DNA of 64,000 bases, taken from contig CAVRZA010000006.1 in NCBI GenBank assembly GCA_963725665.1, positions 32,001 to 96,000 of the forward strand, read 5' to 3'. Positions 10,393 through 20,911 of this stretch are shown here, in pieces. Below the pieces are notes generated by a model, which saw nothing but the letters and a program-made list of their open reading frames with translations, made no database searches and was not told the origin of the DNA. The translations under genes and the position numbers were made by a program. How positions within the stretch are numbered: the first letter of the stretch is position 1; every line of letters starts with the position of its first letter. The DNA comes from an uncultured Actinomycetes bacterium. Its GTDB lineage: Bacteria > Actinomycetota > Thermoleophilia > UBA2241.

Positions 10393-11714
10393 CTAGTGCG
10401 CGCTGGGCTCCGTGTACTTCTCGCAGGCGCCGGTACGCCGTAAGCCCGTGGCCGAACATCTGCTCGGCGTCGGCGAGCCGCCCGGCGTGCGGAGCGATGT
10501 CGAGGGCGCCGTCGCGTGTGCAGCGCTGGTAGGTGACGGTCTTGAGGAACTTGCCGACCCAGAGGCCACCGGTGTAGCGCGCAGCCTTCTCGGTCGGCAG
10601 GGTGTGGTTCGTGCCTATGGCCTTGTCGGAGAAGGCGATGGTCGCCTCCTCGCCGACGCACAGCGTGCCGTAGTTGCGCAGCCGGTCGAGCGTACCACTC
10701 CGGGTCGGCGGTCTGCACCTCGAGGTGCTCGGGCGCGTACTCGTCGGCGACCGCGACGGCTTCGTCGCGGTCGCCGACGACCACGACCTCGCCGCAGTCG
10801 CGCCAGGAGATCTCCGCGACCTCGCGTGTCGGCAGCTCCTCGAGCTGGCGACCGACCTCGGCGAGCACGGCCTCTGCCATGCCGCGCGAGAGGCTCACGA
10901 GCCACGCCGGCGACGTCGGGCCGTGCTCCGCCTGGCCCAGCAGGTCGGCCGCCACGATGACCGGGTCGGAGGCCTCGTCGACGATGATGAGGATCTCCGT
11001 GGGGCCGGCGAGCAGGTCGATGCCCACATCGCCGAAGAGCTGCCGCTTGGCCTCGGCCACGTACATGTTGCCGGGCCCCGAGATGAACTCGACCGGCGCG
11101 TAGCGTTCGGCGCTTTCCCCGTCGCCCGCGGCTCCTCGACCCTCGGCACCGTACGCCATGAGCGCGAGCGCCTGCACGCCGCCGACGCACCAGATCTCGT
11201 CGGCGCCGGCAAGCGCCATCGACCACAGCATCTCCGGGTAGATCCCCTGCTTCTTGTACGGTGGCGCGCAGGCGACGACGCGATCGACGCCGGCCACCTT
11301 GGCCGTGAGGATGCTCATCTGGGCCGACATGAGCATGGGGTACTTGCCGCCGGGGATGTAGGCGCCGGCGTTGGCGACGGGAATCTGCTTCTGCCCGAGG
11401 AAGACCCCGGGACGCGTCTCGACCTCGAAGTCGGTCATGCTCTCGCGCTGCAATCGGGCGAAACGCTCGATCTGCGCGTGCGCGAAGTCGAGCGACGCCA
11501 GCACGTCGGGCGCGATGCCGGCCTTCGCCCGCTCGATCTCATCCGCGGGCACCTTGAACGAGGGCGGATCCCAGCCATCGAAGCGACGCGAGTACTCGCG
11601 CACAGCCTCGAGGCCTCGCGCGCGCACGTCGGCGAGGATCGCCGACACCGTCTCGCGCACCGCGGCGACGTCGGCGGGGGGCTTCGGGGGCGCCTTCTTC
11701 AGGTACTCGCGCAT
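10393..11714 (-). CDS. Histidinol dehydrogenase paralog (HpsN/HisD2-like), frameshift near 10685
   Basis: MREYLKKA start, GAYIPGGKYP, GPGNMYVAEAKR, AGPTE, QAEHG, APEHL; second frame gives DKAIGTNHTLPT...YTGGLWV. End approximate. Confidence 0.85.
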
Positions 11715-11820
11715 GTCGACTATCGTCCTTTCTTCCGCTAGCCGAAGTCCCTGTGCGTCGGTGCGCCGGGACGCGTTTCAGGCGCGTCCCGGCGCACCAG
11801 GATCTTCGCGAGCATCGACC

Positions 11821-12933
11821 TCAGACGGTTTCGGTGGACGGAACCGAGGCGTCGCTGGGCGGCGACTCCTCCCGCTCGGGCGGCGCCTCGATCACGAGGC
11901 CGCGCCTCACCGGGAACAGGTGCACGTCCCAGCGCTCGACGACCCAGCCCCAGATCCCCCGCGGCGCCTTCGTCGCCATGACGACGGCGATCGCGCCGAG
12001 CAGCAGCATGTACGTCGAGCCGTACTGGCTGAGGGTCTGCTGCAAGACGAAGAAGATCACGGCCCCGATGATGGGCCCCTCGATGCTGCCGAAGCCGCCG
12101 ATGACGACGATGAAGATGGCAAATGCCGTCCAGTTGATGCTGAACGACGCCGCCGGCTGGATGAAGATCAGGTTCAACGCGACGACCGACCCCATGGCGC
12201 CGCAGCCGAAGGCCGCGACCACGAAGACGATAAGTTTCAAGCGGAAGATGTTCACGCCTGAACTCTGCGCCGCCAAGTCGTTGTCGCGGATGGCCGTCAG
12301 TCCGAGGCCGAGCTTCGAACGCAACAGGAAGTAGACGATCAGGACCGAGCCGACCGCAACGGTAAGCCCGATCCAGTAGGTGCCTGGTATGCGCGTCTCG
12401 AACGGCATGCTGGCGGCGGACATGACGCTTGTGCCCGACCCGCCTCCCGTTGCCTGGATGTTCGACACGATGATGCGCATGATCTCGGCGAACACCCAGG
12501 TGCCGATGGCGAAGTAGCCGCCCCTCAGGCGAAAGAGCAGCGGCGCGATGGGCAGCGCGATGAGAGCGGCGATCGCCGCCCCGCCGATGACCGACACGAA
12601 GGGGTGTATGTTGAGTCGATCGGCGAAGAACCACAACCCGTAGGCGCCGATGCCGATGAACGCTTGCTGACCGACTGAGATCAGCCCCGCATAGCCTCCC
12701 AACAAGTTCCACATCTGCGCCAGGGCGACCAAGCCGAAGAGCGTGATCAGCGTCCTCGACGTGCCCACCTGCGCCCAGAGCGGGACGGAGGCGAGCGCGG
12801 CGACGACGATCACGCTGACGACGAGCACGTAGAGGTGCATCCGCCTGGAGCGGGCGACGCGGAACCCTGGGATCCTCAAGCCGCTGCCGGCCGCGATGTG
12901 GCCACCGCCAGCCAGTGTCGCCGGTTCACTCAC
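11821..12933 (-). CDS. livM: Branched-chain-type ABC permease (LivM family)
   Basis: WNLLGGYAGLISVGQQAF, AIRDNDLAA, IGGFGSIEGP; GTG start overlaps the livH stop. Confidence 0.88.
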   Translation of the reverse strand: MSEPATLAGGGHIAAGSGLRIPGFRVARSRRMHLYVLVVSVIVVAALASVPLWAQVGTSRTLITLFGLVALAQMWNLLGGYAGLISVGQQAFIGIGAYGLWFFADRLNIHPFVSVIGGAAIAALIALPIAPLLFRLRGGYFAIGTWVFAEIMRIIVSNIQATGGGSGTSVMSAASMPFETRIPGTYWIGLTVAVGSVLIVYFLLRSKLGLGLTAIRDNDLAAQSSGVNIFRLKLIVFVVAAFGCGAMGSVVALNLIFIQPAASFSINWTAFAIFIVVIGGFGSIEGPIIGAVIFFVLQQTLSQYGSTYMLLLGAIAVVMATKAPRGIWGWVVERWDVHLFPVRRGLVIEAPPEREESPPSDASVPSTETV

Positions 12934-13802
12934 GTGGTCACCGTCCGGGCGAAGAAGCCGCTCGGCCGCAGCGCCAAGACGAACAGGAAGACGGCATGAC
13001 CGCAGAGGATCCCCCAGCCGGTGCCGAGGGCCTGTGCGCCGACTACCTGGGCGACGCCGAGGACGACTCCGCCCAGCAACGTGCCCCAGAGGGAGCCCAT
13101 GCCGCCCATGATGACCGCCTCGAAGGCGAAGATGAGGTTGAAGGGGCCGGTCGAGGGATCGAACGTGGTGCGGATGGCGAGCGCGATGCCGCCGATGGCG
13201 ACGGTCACGAGGGCCACGGCCATGGCGAGTGAGTAGATGTGCCGGTTGTCGATGCCCATCAGCTCGGCCGCCTCGCGATCGTCGGAGGTCGCTCTGAACG
13301 CCTTGCCGAGCTTTGTTCGGTTCAAGAACAGCTGCAGCGTGGTGATGCTCACGATTGCAGTGACGAACACGAGCAGCGGGTACCAGCCGACTGCGACCTG
13401 GTCTGAGATGCGTATGCTGGCGTTCTCGACGGCGCCCGCGTCGAGGCCGCGCGAGTCGGCCGAGAAGGCGACCAGTAGCCCGTTCTGGATGATGATCGAC
13501 AACCCGAAGGTGACCACGATGGGCCGCGTGTCGTCGGTGCCCAGGGTGAAGTTGAGGAGTCCCCGCTGGAGCACGTAGCCGATGGCGAACATGAGGACGA
13601 TCGTCAGGAGGCTCGACCACAGGAGCGGCAGATGGGCCGATTGCACCAGAGCCAAGGCGATGAAGGCCGCGAGGATGCCCAGGTCGCCGTGTGCGAGGTT
13701 GACCAGACGCATGACGCCGAAGACCAGGGCGAGGCCGACGGCGAAGAGTGCGTAGAGCCCTCCCAGAAGGATCCCCTGCAGTACGATGTTGACCCAGTTC
13801 AT
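12930..13802 (-). CDS. livH: Branched-chain-type ABC permease (LivH family)
   Basis: GILLGGLYAL...FGVMRLVNLAHG, GGMGSLWG. Confidence 0.9.
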   Translation of the reverse strand: MNWVNIVLQGILLGGLYALFAVGLALVFGVMRLVNLAHGDLGILAAFIALALVQSAHLPLLWSSLLTIVLMFAIGYVLQRGLLNFTLGTDDTRPIVVTFGLSIIIQNGLLVAFSADSRGLDAGAVENASIRISDQVAVGWYPLLVFVTAIVSITTLQLFLNRTKLGKAFRATSDDREAAELMGIDNRHIYSLAMAVALVTVAIGGIALAIRTTFDPSTGPFNLIFAFEAVIMGGMGSLWGTLLGGVVLGVAQVVGAQALGTGWGILCGHAVFLFVLALRPSGFFARTVTT

Positions 13803-13806
13803 GCCC

Positions 13807-14505
13807 TCACATCCCGAAGTAGGCGGCCGTGATGTCGTCGGAACTCAACTCGGCGGGTTCGCCCTGCAGCGAGATCCGGCCCTCGAGGAAGCAGGCGACG
13901 CGGTCGGCAACGGTGAGAACGTGCTGGACGTCCTGCTCGACGACGAGGATCGTGGTGCCCCGTGCCGGCAGGGCCTCCATGGCTTCGTAGATACGCTTGA
14001 TGACAACGGGCGCGAGGCCCAGCGAGACTTCATCGAGAAGCACAAGGCGCGGGTTCGACATCAACGCTCTGCCGATGGCGAGCGCCTGCTGTTCGCCGCC
14101 TGAGAGGCTCGCCGATTGTCGCTTTGCCAGCGGCTTCAAGAGCGGAAAGAGCTCGTACACCGATGCCACGTCCCAGTCGCCCTGGCGCCCCCCGTAGGCA
14201 CCGATCTGCAAGTTCTCTTCGACCGTGAGGCTCGGAAAGACGCGCCTCCCTTCGGGCACCATCGAGATACCCATCCCGACCCGTTTGTGGGTGCTCAGGT
14301 GGTCGATCGACTCCCCGTCGAAAAGCACCTTTCCCGAGCGGGGGCGAAGCAACCCGGCTATCGTCCTGAGCATCGTCGACTTGCCGGCGCCGTTGGCCCC
14401 GATGACGGCGAACGTCTGGCCCTCTTCGACCTTGAATGAGATCGAGAAGAGGGCCTGGAAGTCGCCGTAGAAGACGTCCACGCCCTCCAGCTCGAGGATG
14501 CTCAT
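13807..14505 (-). CDS. livF: ABC ATPase (LivF family)
   Basis: GANGAGKS, LSGGEQQ, LLDEVSLGLAP. Confidence 0.92.
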   Translation of the reverse strand: MSILELEGVDVFYGDFQALFSISFKVEEGQTFAVIGANGAGKSTMLRTIAGLLRPRSGKVLFDGESIDHLSTHKRVGMGISMVPEGRRVFPSLTVEENLQIGAYGGRQGDWDVASVYELFPLLKPLAKRQSASLSGGEQQALAIGRALMSNPRLVLLDEVSLGLAPVVIKRIYEAMEALPARGTTILVVEQDVQHVLTVADRVACFLEGRISLQGEPAELSSDDITAAYFGM

Positions 14506-15227
14506 ACCGGGGTGCCCCCCATGTAGCAGGCCTGCACCTCGTCGCTGCGCATGACCTCTTCCGGCTCTCCCTCTGCGATCTGGCGCCCGAAGTTGATGGC
14601 GAAGATCCGGTCGACGGTGGCCAGCAGGGCGTGGACGATGTGCTCGATCCAGACGATCGAGATGCCCTCAGCGTGCAGGTCGCGGATGGTCGTGATCAGC
14701 TCCTCGACCTCCACCTCGGTGAGCCCGCCGGCGATTTCGTCAAGCAACAGCACGAACGGATCGCCGGCCAGCGCCCGAGCGAGCTCGAGACGCTTGCGGT
14801 TGAGGAGCGTGAGCTTGCCCGCCTGATGGTTCGCCTTGTCGGTCAACCTCGTCAGCTCCAGCGTCTCGACACAGCGCTGGTAGCTCGCGCGCTCGGTCGT
14901 GCCGCGTGCGTATGCGGCGCACACGAGGACGTTCTCGAACACGCTCATGGCGGTGAACGGCTTGGGGATCTGGAACGTCCGTCCTATGCCGTTGCGGCAA
15001 CGTTTCTGCCGCGAGAGGTGAGTGATGTCGTCGTTGTTGAAGAGGACCCGACCGTCGTCGGGCCGATGGACGCCGGTGATGAGGTTGAACAAGGTCGTCT
15101 TACCGGCGCCGTTCGGCCCGACGATGCCCAGGGCTTCGCCCTCGGTCAGCTGGATGCTCAGATCGTCGATCACCAGCACGCCGCCGAACGACTTCGTCAG
15201 CCCCCTGGTCTCGAGGACGGTGGTCAC
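14502..15227 (-). CDS. livG: ABC ATPase (LivG family)
   Basis: GPNGAGKTT, LLDEIAGGL, IEH. Confidence 0.92.
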   Translation of the reverse strand: MTTVLETRGLTKSFGGVLVIDDLSIQLTEGEALGIVGPNGAGKTTLFNLITGVHRPDDGRVLFNNDDITHLSRQKRCRNGIGRTFQIPKPFTAMSVFENVLVCAAYARGTTERASYQRCVETLELTRLTDKANHQAGKLTLLNRKRLELARALAGDPFVLLLDEIAGGLTEVEVEELITTIRDLHAEGISIVWIEHIVHALLATVDRIFAINFGRQIAEGEPEEVMRSDEVQACYMGGTPV

Positions 15228-15317
15228 AAGTGACCACCGTCCTCGTCCCCCAGGCTCTTCTCGGAGCCGTTGGGCTGGAGAACGCCCTGGGCTTGCACGG
15301 TCCGGTTCACGTCACTC

Positions 15318-16739
15318 TCAGGCGTAGCTCATCGGTGCAAGCTTGCCGTTCTCGGGGATAGTGACGTTGAACGGCGCCGCCGCCGCGTGCGACGTGTCCA
15401 CGAGCAGCAGGTCGAACGGGTACTTCGTGCCCTTGGTCCACATGCCGCCCACGAGCACCGTGCGGCAGACGTTCGGGACCGGGTTCAGATCCCCTCCCGA
15501 CCACGTGACCTTGCCCGCGATGGTGTCCATGTCGGTCGCCTTGATGGCGTCCACGACGACTTGCTTGTCGTCGACGTTGGTGGCGCGCTTGAGGGCGTCG
15601 ACGACGACCTCGAAGACGGCGTAGTGCAGCAGTGGCTGTGCCCACTCCTTGCCGTTCGAGGCGGTCCAGGCGTCGGCCAGCTGCTGGCAGGTCTGACCGG
15701 AGAGCGACGACTTGAAGGGGTGCCAGGGCGACCACCAGCACTCGGTGGTGAGCCCGTAGCCGATGGGGCCGATCGCTTCCATCTCGGCCGGGAAGAGCAG
15801 GGCCTTGCCGACGGTGGCCGCAACCGGTTTGAACCTCTGCTGGTAGGACTGCTTCCAGAAGTTGACGAAGTCCGGCGGGATGAAGACGCCGCTCAGAATC
15901 TCACAGCCGGCCGCCTTGAACTTGGTGATCTGCGGCGTGTAGTCCTGCGTGTTGGGCAGGAAGCGGCCGCCGTCGACGAACGTATACCCCGCCGCCTTGA
16001 GCATCGGAGGCTGCCCCGTCTTGGGGTCGGCCCAGCCCTTGCCGTCGGCGTCGTTGGGCCACATCTCGCCGACTCGCTTGTTCGTCGGGAGCTGGTCCCA
16101 CATGCCGGTGAACACCGCCGTCACGTCTTCGAGGCCCCAGAAGAAGTGATAGGTCCACTTGAAGGGCACCGGGTTGGCCGGATCCTTCTGACGCCCGAAA
16201 AAGTATGGCTGCCATGGACAGTCGTTGGAGACGCAGGGAACGCCGAACGATTCGGCCGTGGAGGACACGGGGTTCACCGTGTCCGGCGTCGAAGCGACCA
16301 TCATGATGTCGACGCCGTCGTTGGTGATCAGGTCCCCGGCGACCGTCCCAGCACGCGTGGTGTCCGACTGGGAGTCCTTCACGATGATCTCGATCGGGTG
16401 AGTCTTGCCATCGCCGCAAGCGACACCGCCCTTCACGGCGGCCTTCCACTGTTCCACGATGAACGTGTCAAGCTGACCGAATGTGGCCAAGGGGCCCGTC
16501 AGCGGCGTCACGAAGCCGACCTTGATGGCGCGGCCCGTGGCGCTGGCGCTCGCCCCACCGCCACCGCCGCCGCTGCTGCCGCAGGCGGAGAGGGCGCCGC
16601 TCAGTCCGCCCAATGCGCCCACCGTGAGGCCGGTCGCGCCGGCGACCTTGAGAAAGTCGCGCCGGCTGATCGGCTTGCGGGTCAGCGGAGTCTCCTCCGA
16701 GCCCGAAGCCCCTGTGGACCTGTCATGGTCCTCTGCCAT
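15318..16739 (-). CDS. Tat-exported lipoprotein ABC substrate-binding protein (LivK-like)
   Basis: Strong SD GGAAGGAGGAGG before ATG 16739; SRRDFLK twin-arginine motif, LSAC lipobox, IKVGFVTPLTGPLA. Confidence 0.88.
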   Translation of the reverse strand: MAEDHDRSTGASGSEETPLTRKPISRRDFLKVAGATGLTVGALGGLSGALSACGSSGGGGGGASASATGRAIKVGFVTPLTGPLATFGQLDTFIVEQWKAAVKGGVACGDGKTHPIEIIVKDSQSDTTRAGTVAGDLITNDGVDIMMVASTPDTVNPVSSTAESFGVPCVSNDCPWQPYFFGRQKDPANPVPFKWTYHFFWGLEDVTAVFTGMWDQLPTNKRVGEMWPNDADGKGWADPKTGQPPMLKAAGYTFVDGGRFLPNTQDYTPQITKFKAAGCEILSGVFIPPDFVNFWKQSYQQRFKPVAATVGKALLFPAEMEAIGPIGYGLTTECWWSPWHPFKSSLSGQTCQQLADAWTASNGKEWAQPLLHYAVFEVVVDALKRATNVDDKQVVVDAIKATDMDTIAGKVTWSGGDLNPVPNVCRTVLVGGMWTKGTKYPFDLLLVDTSHAAAAPFNVTIPENGKLAPMSYA

Positions 16740-17033
16740 GCCTCCTCCTTCCCCTGGTCCCGCGGCCCCTCGGCTCTTCAACGAGCCGATGGCTGCCGCG
16801 AGTGACCCCCGCTGGTTCCGATTTCTACCTGGGCGGACGCCGCACCTGGCCTCCACCGCTTCTGGTCCTGACGTATCCGCACGGACGAAGCGGATGACTT
16901 GCCCGCCATACGGACGCCAGCACCCGCGATACGGGCATGATACCGTCGGCCCTGGTCCAGTCAAGCACCCCCTTTGGTCATTTCGGCCCCCTGCGAACAA
17001 GGGACTGCAGCCCTCGTCGAGGAAGCCGGACCC

Positions 17034-17867
17034 TCACGTTTGCCCCACCAACTGTGGCGATAGGCGCAGCCGCTCGACCACCTCGGCCACGGTGGCCGGC
17101 TCGCGTCCGACGGCACGCGCCACCCCGACGAGCTGCTCGACGAGCTGGGCGTTCGAGTCCGCCGGCACGCCAGGCTCGAGAAGCAGCGTGTCCTCCATAC
17201 CGGTGCGCGCGTTGCCGCCCATCGCGAGCCCAATGGTGGTCATCGGCCGATTGGCCTTGGCCACGCCGATGACCTGCCAGCTCGTGCCCGGCGGCAACTC
17301 GCGCACCAGGTAGGCCAGCAGGGCCGGGTCACCGGTCATGCCGCCGCGCACACCCATCACGAACGAGATCTGCAGCGGCTCTGCGAGGAGCCCCTTCTTC
17401 AACAGCTCGAGGGCCACCACGATGTGGCCGGTGTCGTAGACCTCGAGCTCCGGCTTGACCCCGAGCTCGAGCATGCGCTCGGCCAGCTGCATCATCTGTA
17501 CGGGAGGATTGCGGAACTCGCCCTGCCCGAAGGTCATCGTGCACGGGTTCAGGGTCGCCATGGCCGGCCGCACCTCGACGATCTTCATGCGATCTTCGTA
17601 CTCGAACTCGAGCCCGACCCCCGTCGACAGCTGGATGATCGCCGGACAGGCCTCACGCACGAGATCCACCGTGCGCCTGGCGATATCGAGGTCGGCGGTC
17701 CGTCGACCCTGGTCGTCACGAAGGTGGATGTGGACGACCGCCGCTCCGGCCTCGAACGCCCCCCGCGCGCTCTCGGCGACCTCGGCCGGCGACCCCGGCA
17801 GCGCGGGGTTGTCGGCCTTGGTCGCCATGGGGCCCGTGAGCGCGGCCGTGATGATCGGGTTCGGCAT
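17034..17867 (-). CDS. Beta-keto acid cleavage enzyme (BKACE/DUF849); candidate triacetate-cleaving enzyme
   Basis: IITAALTG, HIHLRD Zn motif, STG, KPELEVYD, RTGMEDT. Confidence 0.88.
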   Translation of the reverse strand: MPNPIITAALTGPMATKADNPALPGSPAEVAESARGAFEAGAAVVHIHLRDDQGRRTADLDIARRTVDLVREACPAIIQLSTGVGLEFEYEDRMKIVEVRPAMATLNPCTMTFGQGEFRNPPVQMMQLAERMLELGVKPELEVYDTGHIVVALELLKKGLLAEPLQISFVMGVRGGMTGDPALLAYLVRELPPGTSWQVIGVAKANRPMTTIGLAMGGNARTGMEDTLLLEPGVPADSNAQLVEQLVGVARAVGREPATVAEVVERLRLSPQLVGQT

Positions 17868-17879
17868 GCCGCCCCCTTC

Positions 17880-18230
17880 TCAGACGTCCCGGGGCTCGGG
17901 ATAGGGGATCGCCACCAGCATCGACGCCGGCGAGTTCGTGCGGTTCTCGATGGCCCGCGACTCGTTGGGTGCCAGGTAGCACGAATCCCACTTCTTCAAC
18001 GTCGTCTCACCCTCGGCGGTGATGACGACGACCTCACCTTCGAGCACGAAGTAGACCTTCTCCACCGGCGTCGCATCCTCGAAGGCTCCGCCTTTGGGCA
18101 AGAAGTGCGAGAGGCCCATCCAGAACGTGCGCGTCTTGCTGACGTCGAAGCCCTGTAGGCGCAGGCCGTAGCATTCGTGGTGCTTGGGCGCCTCGTAGGG
18201 CGGCGCCTCGTCGTAGCGCGTGACCTCCAT
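17880..18230 (-). CDS. Cupin-domain protein
   Basis: SHFLPKGGA...EKVYFVLEGE...DSCYLAPNESR cupin motifs. Confidence 0.85.
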   Translation of the reverse strand: MEVTRYDEAPPYEAPKHHECYGLRLQGFDVSKTRTFWMGLSHFLPKGGAFEDATPVEKVYFVLEGEVVVITAEGETTLKKWDSCYLAPNESRAIENRTNSPASMLVAIPYPEPRDV

Positions 18231-18232
18231 CG

Positions 18233-19045
18233 TCACTCCTTCCCCTTCGGGATGCGGAACTCGCCGCTCGGATCGACCATCGCCACGACGCGCACGATGG
18301 AGCCGTCGCCCTTCTCCCAGCGGATCGGGAAGGCGGCGAGAGTGACGCGCTTGCCGGTGACCTTGTCGATGTCGCTGCCGCAGACGTTCTCGAAGCCGAC
18401 CATGCCGTTGCCCAGGATGAGGCGGTGGCAGGGTTCCCAGTCCGGGAAGTCCTGCTCGATCGCGTGCCCCTTACGCTCCTCGTACTCCTTCACGACCTTG
18501 GGCAGCAGCGGGCCGGGGCCGTGCCTGCCGATGGCCGTCGCCAGGGGATGGTCGAGCGCCTGCTGGTCGACGCCGACACCCTTGGCGCCCACCTCGAGGA
18601 GGTACTCGATGGCGCTCGGCACCAGGCCGGGCGAGTAGGCAAAGTACTTCTGGGAGTCGCTGTAGTACTTGTGCCAGCCGCAGTTGATGATCACGAGGTC
18701 GCCGGACCGGATCTGCGGCGTGGCCATCTCCAGGTCCTCGCGCGTGATGGGCGCCCAGTCCTCCTCCTTGGGAATGGAGAGCACGACGCCCGGCCCGAAG
18801 TACTTGTAGAGCGGCACCTCGTCCGTGAACTCGAGGCCTTCGACGACGTGCGCCGGGGCATCGGCGTGCGTCGTGCAGTGCATCACGGTGGTGATCTTCT
18901 GCGATAGCACGCCCGATTTGGCGTGGTAGTGAACGCGCTCGATCTTGACGTCCTCGAAGTAGGGCCAGAGCGGCGCGTTGTGCCCGAAGGGAGCGCTCAG
19001 GTCGTAGAACTCGAGACCGGTCTTCGGATCCTTTGGTTGCTCCAT
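18233..19045 (-). CDS. Cyclase family (kynurenine formamidase/isatin hydrolase-like) metal hydrolase; candidate dihydrophloroglucinol-type cyclohydrolase
   Basis: HCTTHADAPAH (HxxTHxDxPxH), GVDQQALDH, GFENV, GDGSIVRVVA. Confidence 0.85.
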   Translation of the reverse strand: MEQPKDPKTGLEFYDLSAPFGHNAPLWPYFEDVKIERVHYHAKSGVLSQKITTVMHCTTHADAPAHVVEGLEFTDEVPLYKYFGPGVVLSIPKEEDWAPITREDLEMATPQIRSGDLVIINCGWHKYYSDSQKYFAYSPGLVPSAIEYLLEVGAKGVGVDQQALDHPLATAIGRHGPGPLLPKVVKEYEERKGHAIEQDFPDWEPCHRLILGNGMVGFENVCGSDIDKVTGKRVTLAAFPIRWEKGDGSIVRVVAMVDPSGEFRIPKGKE

Positions 19046-20017
19046 CTAGCTCTCCTCTTCGTCCATGTCCTTGGTCAGGCGGACCAGGTGTTCCATGAGG
19101 CGCCGGCGTGAGGCCTGCGCCTCCTCCGGGCTCCAGTCGCGGAAGCCGTGGCCGCTCTTGAAGCCCAGCTCGCCCTTCTCCACCTTCTCACGCAGCGCTG
19201 CAGAGGGCTCGGTCGAGGCGTCGAGGTAGGGGAAGATGTACTGGTGGATGCTGAGCACCAAGTCGAGGCCGCTCATCTCGGCGGTCTCGATCGGGCCGAG
19301 GACCGGCAGCCGCAACCCGAAGCCGTAGCGGATGCTCTCGTCGACCGTGGCGGGATCGGCGATGCCGCGGTCGACGATGGCGAATGCCTCGCGCCAGAGG
19401 GCGTGCTGCAGGCGGTTGGCGACGAACCCAGGCACGTCCTTCTTGACGTCGATGGGGTGCTTGCCGACCGAGCGCAGCAGGGCGATGGTCTTCTCGATCA
19501 CGTGTGGTGCGGTGTCCGGGGTGCGCACGACCTCGACCAGCGGCACCAGGTAGGGGGGGTTCCAGAAGTGCGTGCCGATGACGCGCTCCTTGTGGCGCGC
19601 CTGACTGCCGACCTCTCCTATGCTCATGACGGAGGTGTTGGTGGCCAGGATCGTCTGGGGCGGGCAGAGCTCGTCGAGATCGGCGAAGACCTGCTGCTTG
19701 AGCTGCAGGTCTTCGAAGACGCACTCCACGACAAAGCCCGCCCCACGCGCCGCTTCCGCGAGATCCGACGTCGTGGTCACGCGGGCGACGGCCACACCGA
19801 TCTCGTCGGGCGGGTACACCTCGTGCTCGGCCAAGAAGGTCAGGTTCGATCGGATCGCCTCCGGCGCCCGCTCGAGCGCCTCTTCGAAGACGTCCTGGAG
19901 CATCACCTGGTGTCCGCGCGCCGCGAACACCTGCGCGATGCCGACGCCCATCATGCCGGCGCCGATGACCGCTACACGCTCCGGCTCGCCTGATCTCATC
20001 CTTCGCTCCCCGGGCAC
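19046..20017 (-). CDS. 3-hydroxyacyl-CoA dehydrogenase family protein
   Basis: GAGMMG, ECVFEDL, ATNTS, GTHFWNPP, GFVANRLQ, GFKSGHGF. Start may be ATG near 19999. Confidence 0.9.
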   Translation of the reverse strand: MPGERRMRSGEPERVAVIGAGMMGVGIAQVFAARGHQVMLQDVFEEALERAPEAIRSNLTFLAEHEVYPPDEIGVAVARVTTTSDLAEAARGAGFVVECVFEDLQLKQQVFADLDELCPPQTILATNTSVMSIGEVGSQARHKERVIGTHFWNPPYLVPLVEVVRTPDTAPHVIEKTIALLRSVGKHPIDVKKDVPGFVANRLQHALWREAFAIVDRGIADPATVDESIRYGFGLRLPVLGPIETAEMSGLDLVLSIHQYIFPYLDASTEPSAALREKVEKGELGFKSGHGFRDWSPEEAQASRRRLMEHLVRLTKDMDEEES

Positions 20018-20030
20018 TGGCGTTGGCGGC

Positions 20031-20828
20031 TCAGCCGGCCGTGGCGCCGCCGTCGACCATGAGGATGTCGCCGGTGACCATGTCGGACGCCGCCGAGGCG
20101 AGGTAGACGACCGCCCCGATCAAGTCGTTCAGCTCGGCGGCGCGTTTCAAGGGGATGCGCTGCATGAAGATCTCGAAGAGCTTGGGGTCGTCGAGGATCG
20201 GCTGCGTGAGAGGCGTCCAGAAGACGCAGGGCGCTATGCTGTTCACGTTGATCTTGTACTTCGCCCACTCCGTCGCCAGTTGCTTGGTCAACAGGTGCAC
20301 GGCGCCCTTGGCCGGCACGTAGGCGGCGTAGCCGCCCGGGTGACCCAGCTCCCCGCGCAAGGACCCGACGGTGATGATCTTGCCGCCGCCCTGCTTGATC
20401 ATCTGCCGTCCCGCCGCCTGGCAGCAGAGGAAGGTCCCCCTGACCAGGGAGTCCATCACCTTCTGCCACTCGTCGATGGGGAACTCCTCGGCGGGGTAGC
20501 GGTTGGTGACCCCCGAGCCGGTGACGAGGATGTCGACGTGGCCGAGCTCCTCGATCGTCTGGGCGACCATCGCCGCGACGCTGGCCTCGTCGGTCGTGTC
20601 GCACGGGATCGCCCGCACCTCGTGCTCCGACAGGGCGCGCAACTCGTCGGCGGCCCGATCGAGGTTCTCCGCGTTGCGGCTCGTAAGCACGACGTCGGCG
20701 CCGAAGGCGGCCAGTCCTCTCGCCGCCGCGCCGCCGAAGGCGCCCGAGCCCCCGGTGACGATGGCCACCTTGCCGGTCAGGTCGAACATGTTGCGGATCT
20801 GCTCAAGACTCCAGGTCTCTTGCGCCAT
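20031..20828 (-). CDS. Short-chain dehydrogenase/reductase, phloroglucinol-reductase-like
   Basis: TGGSGAFG, TSRN (basic residue suggests NADPH), SLRG...GYAAYVPAKG (YxxxK), INVNSIAPCVF. Confidence 0.85.
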   Translation of the reverse strand: MAQETWSLEQIRNMFDLTGKVAIVTGGSGAFGGAAARGLAAFGADVVLTSRNAENLDRAADELRALSEHEVRAIPCDTTDEASVAAMVAQTIEELGHVDILVTGSGVTNRYPAEEFPIDEWQKVMDSLVRGTFLCCQAAGRQMIKQGGGKIITVGSLRGELGHPGGYAAYVPAKGAVHLLTKQLATEWAKYKINVNSIAPCVFWTPLTQPILDDPKLFEIFMQRIPLKRAAELNDLIGAVVYLASAASDMVTGDILMVDGGATAG

Positions 20829-20911
20829 CTGCTCCCCTTCCGAACCGTGCCTTTGCTCTCTCGACCGCCGACGGCGGTCGCGTTCTGTCGCCGATCAGGC
20901 GGCGAAGCCCG

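Noticed and set aside
10393-11714. Histidine biosynthesis gene hisD
   Set aside because: No other his genes nearby, and the sequence resembles the HpsN/HisD2 paralog group
16740-17033. Riboswitch or ncRNA in long intergenic regions (also 49525-49900)
   Set aside because: No known RNA motif recognised by eye; an Rfam/Infernal scan would be needed
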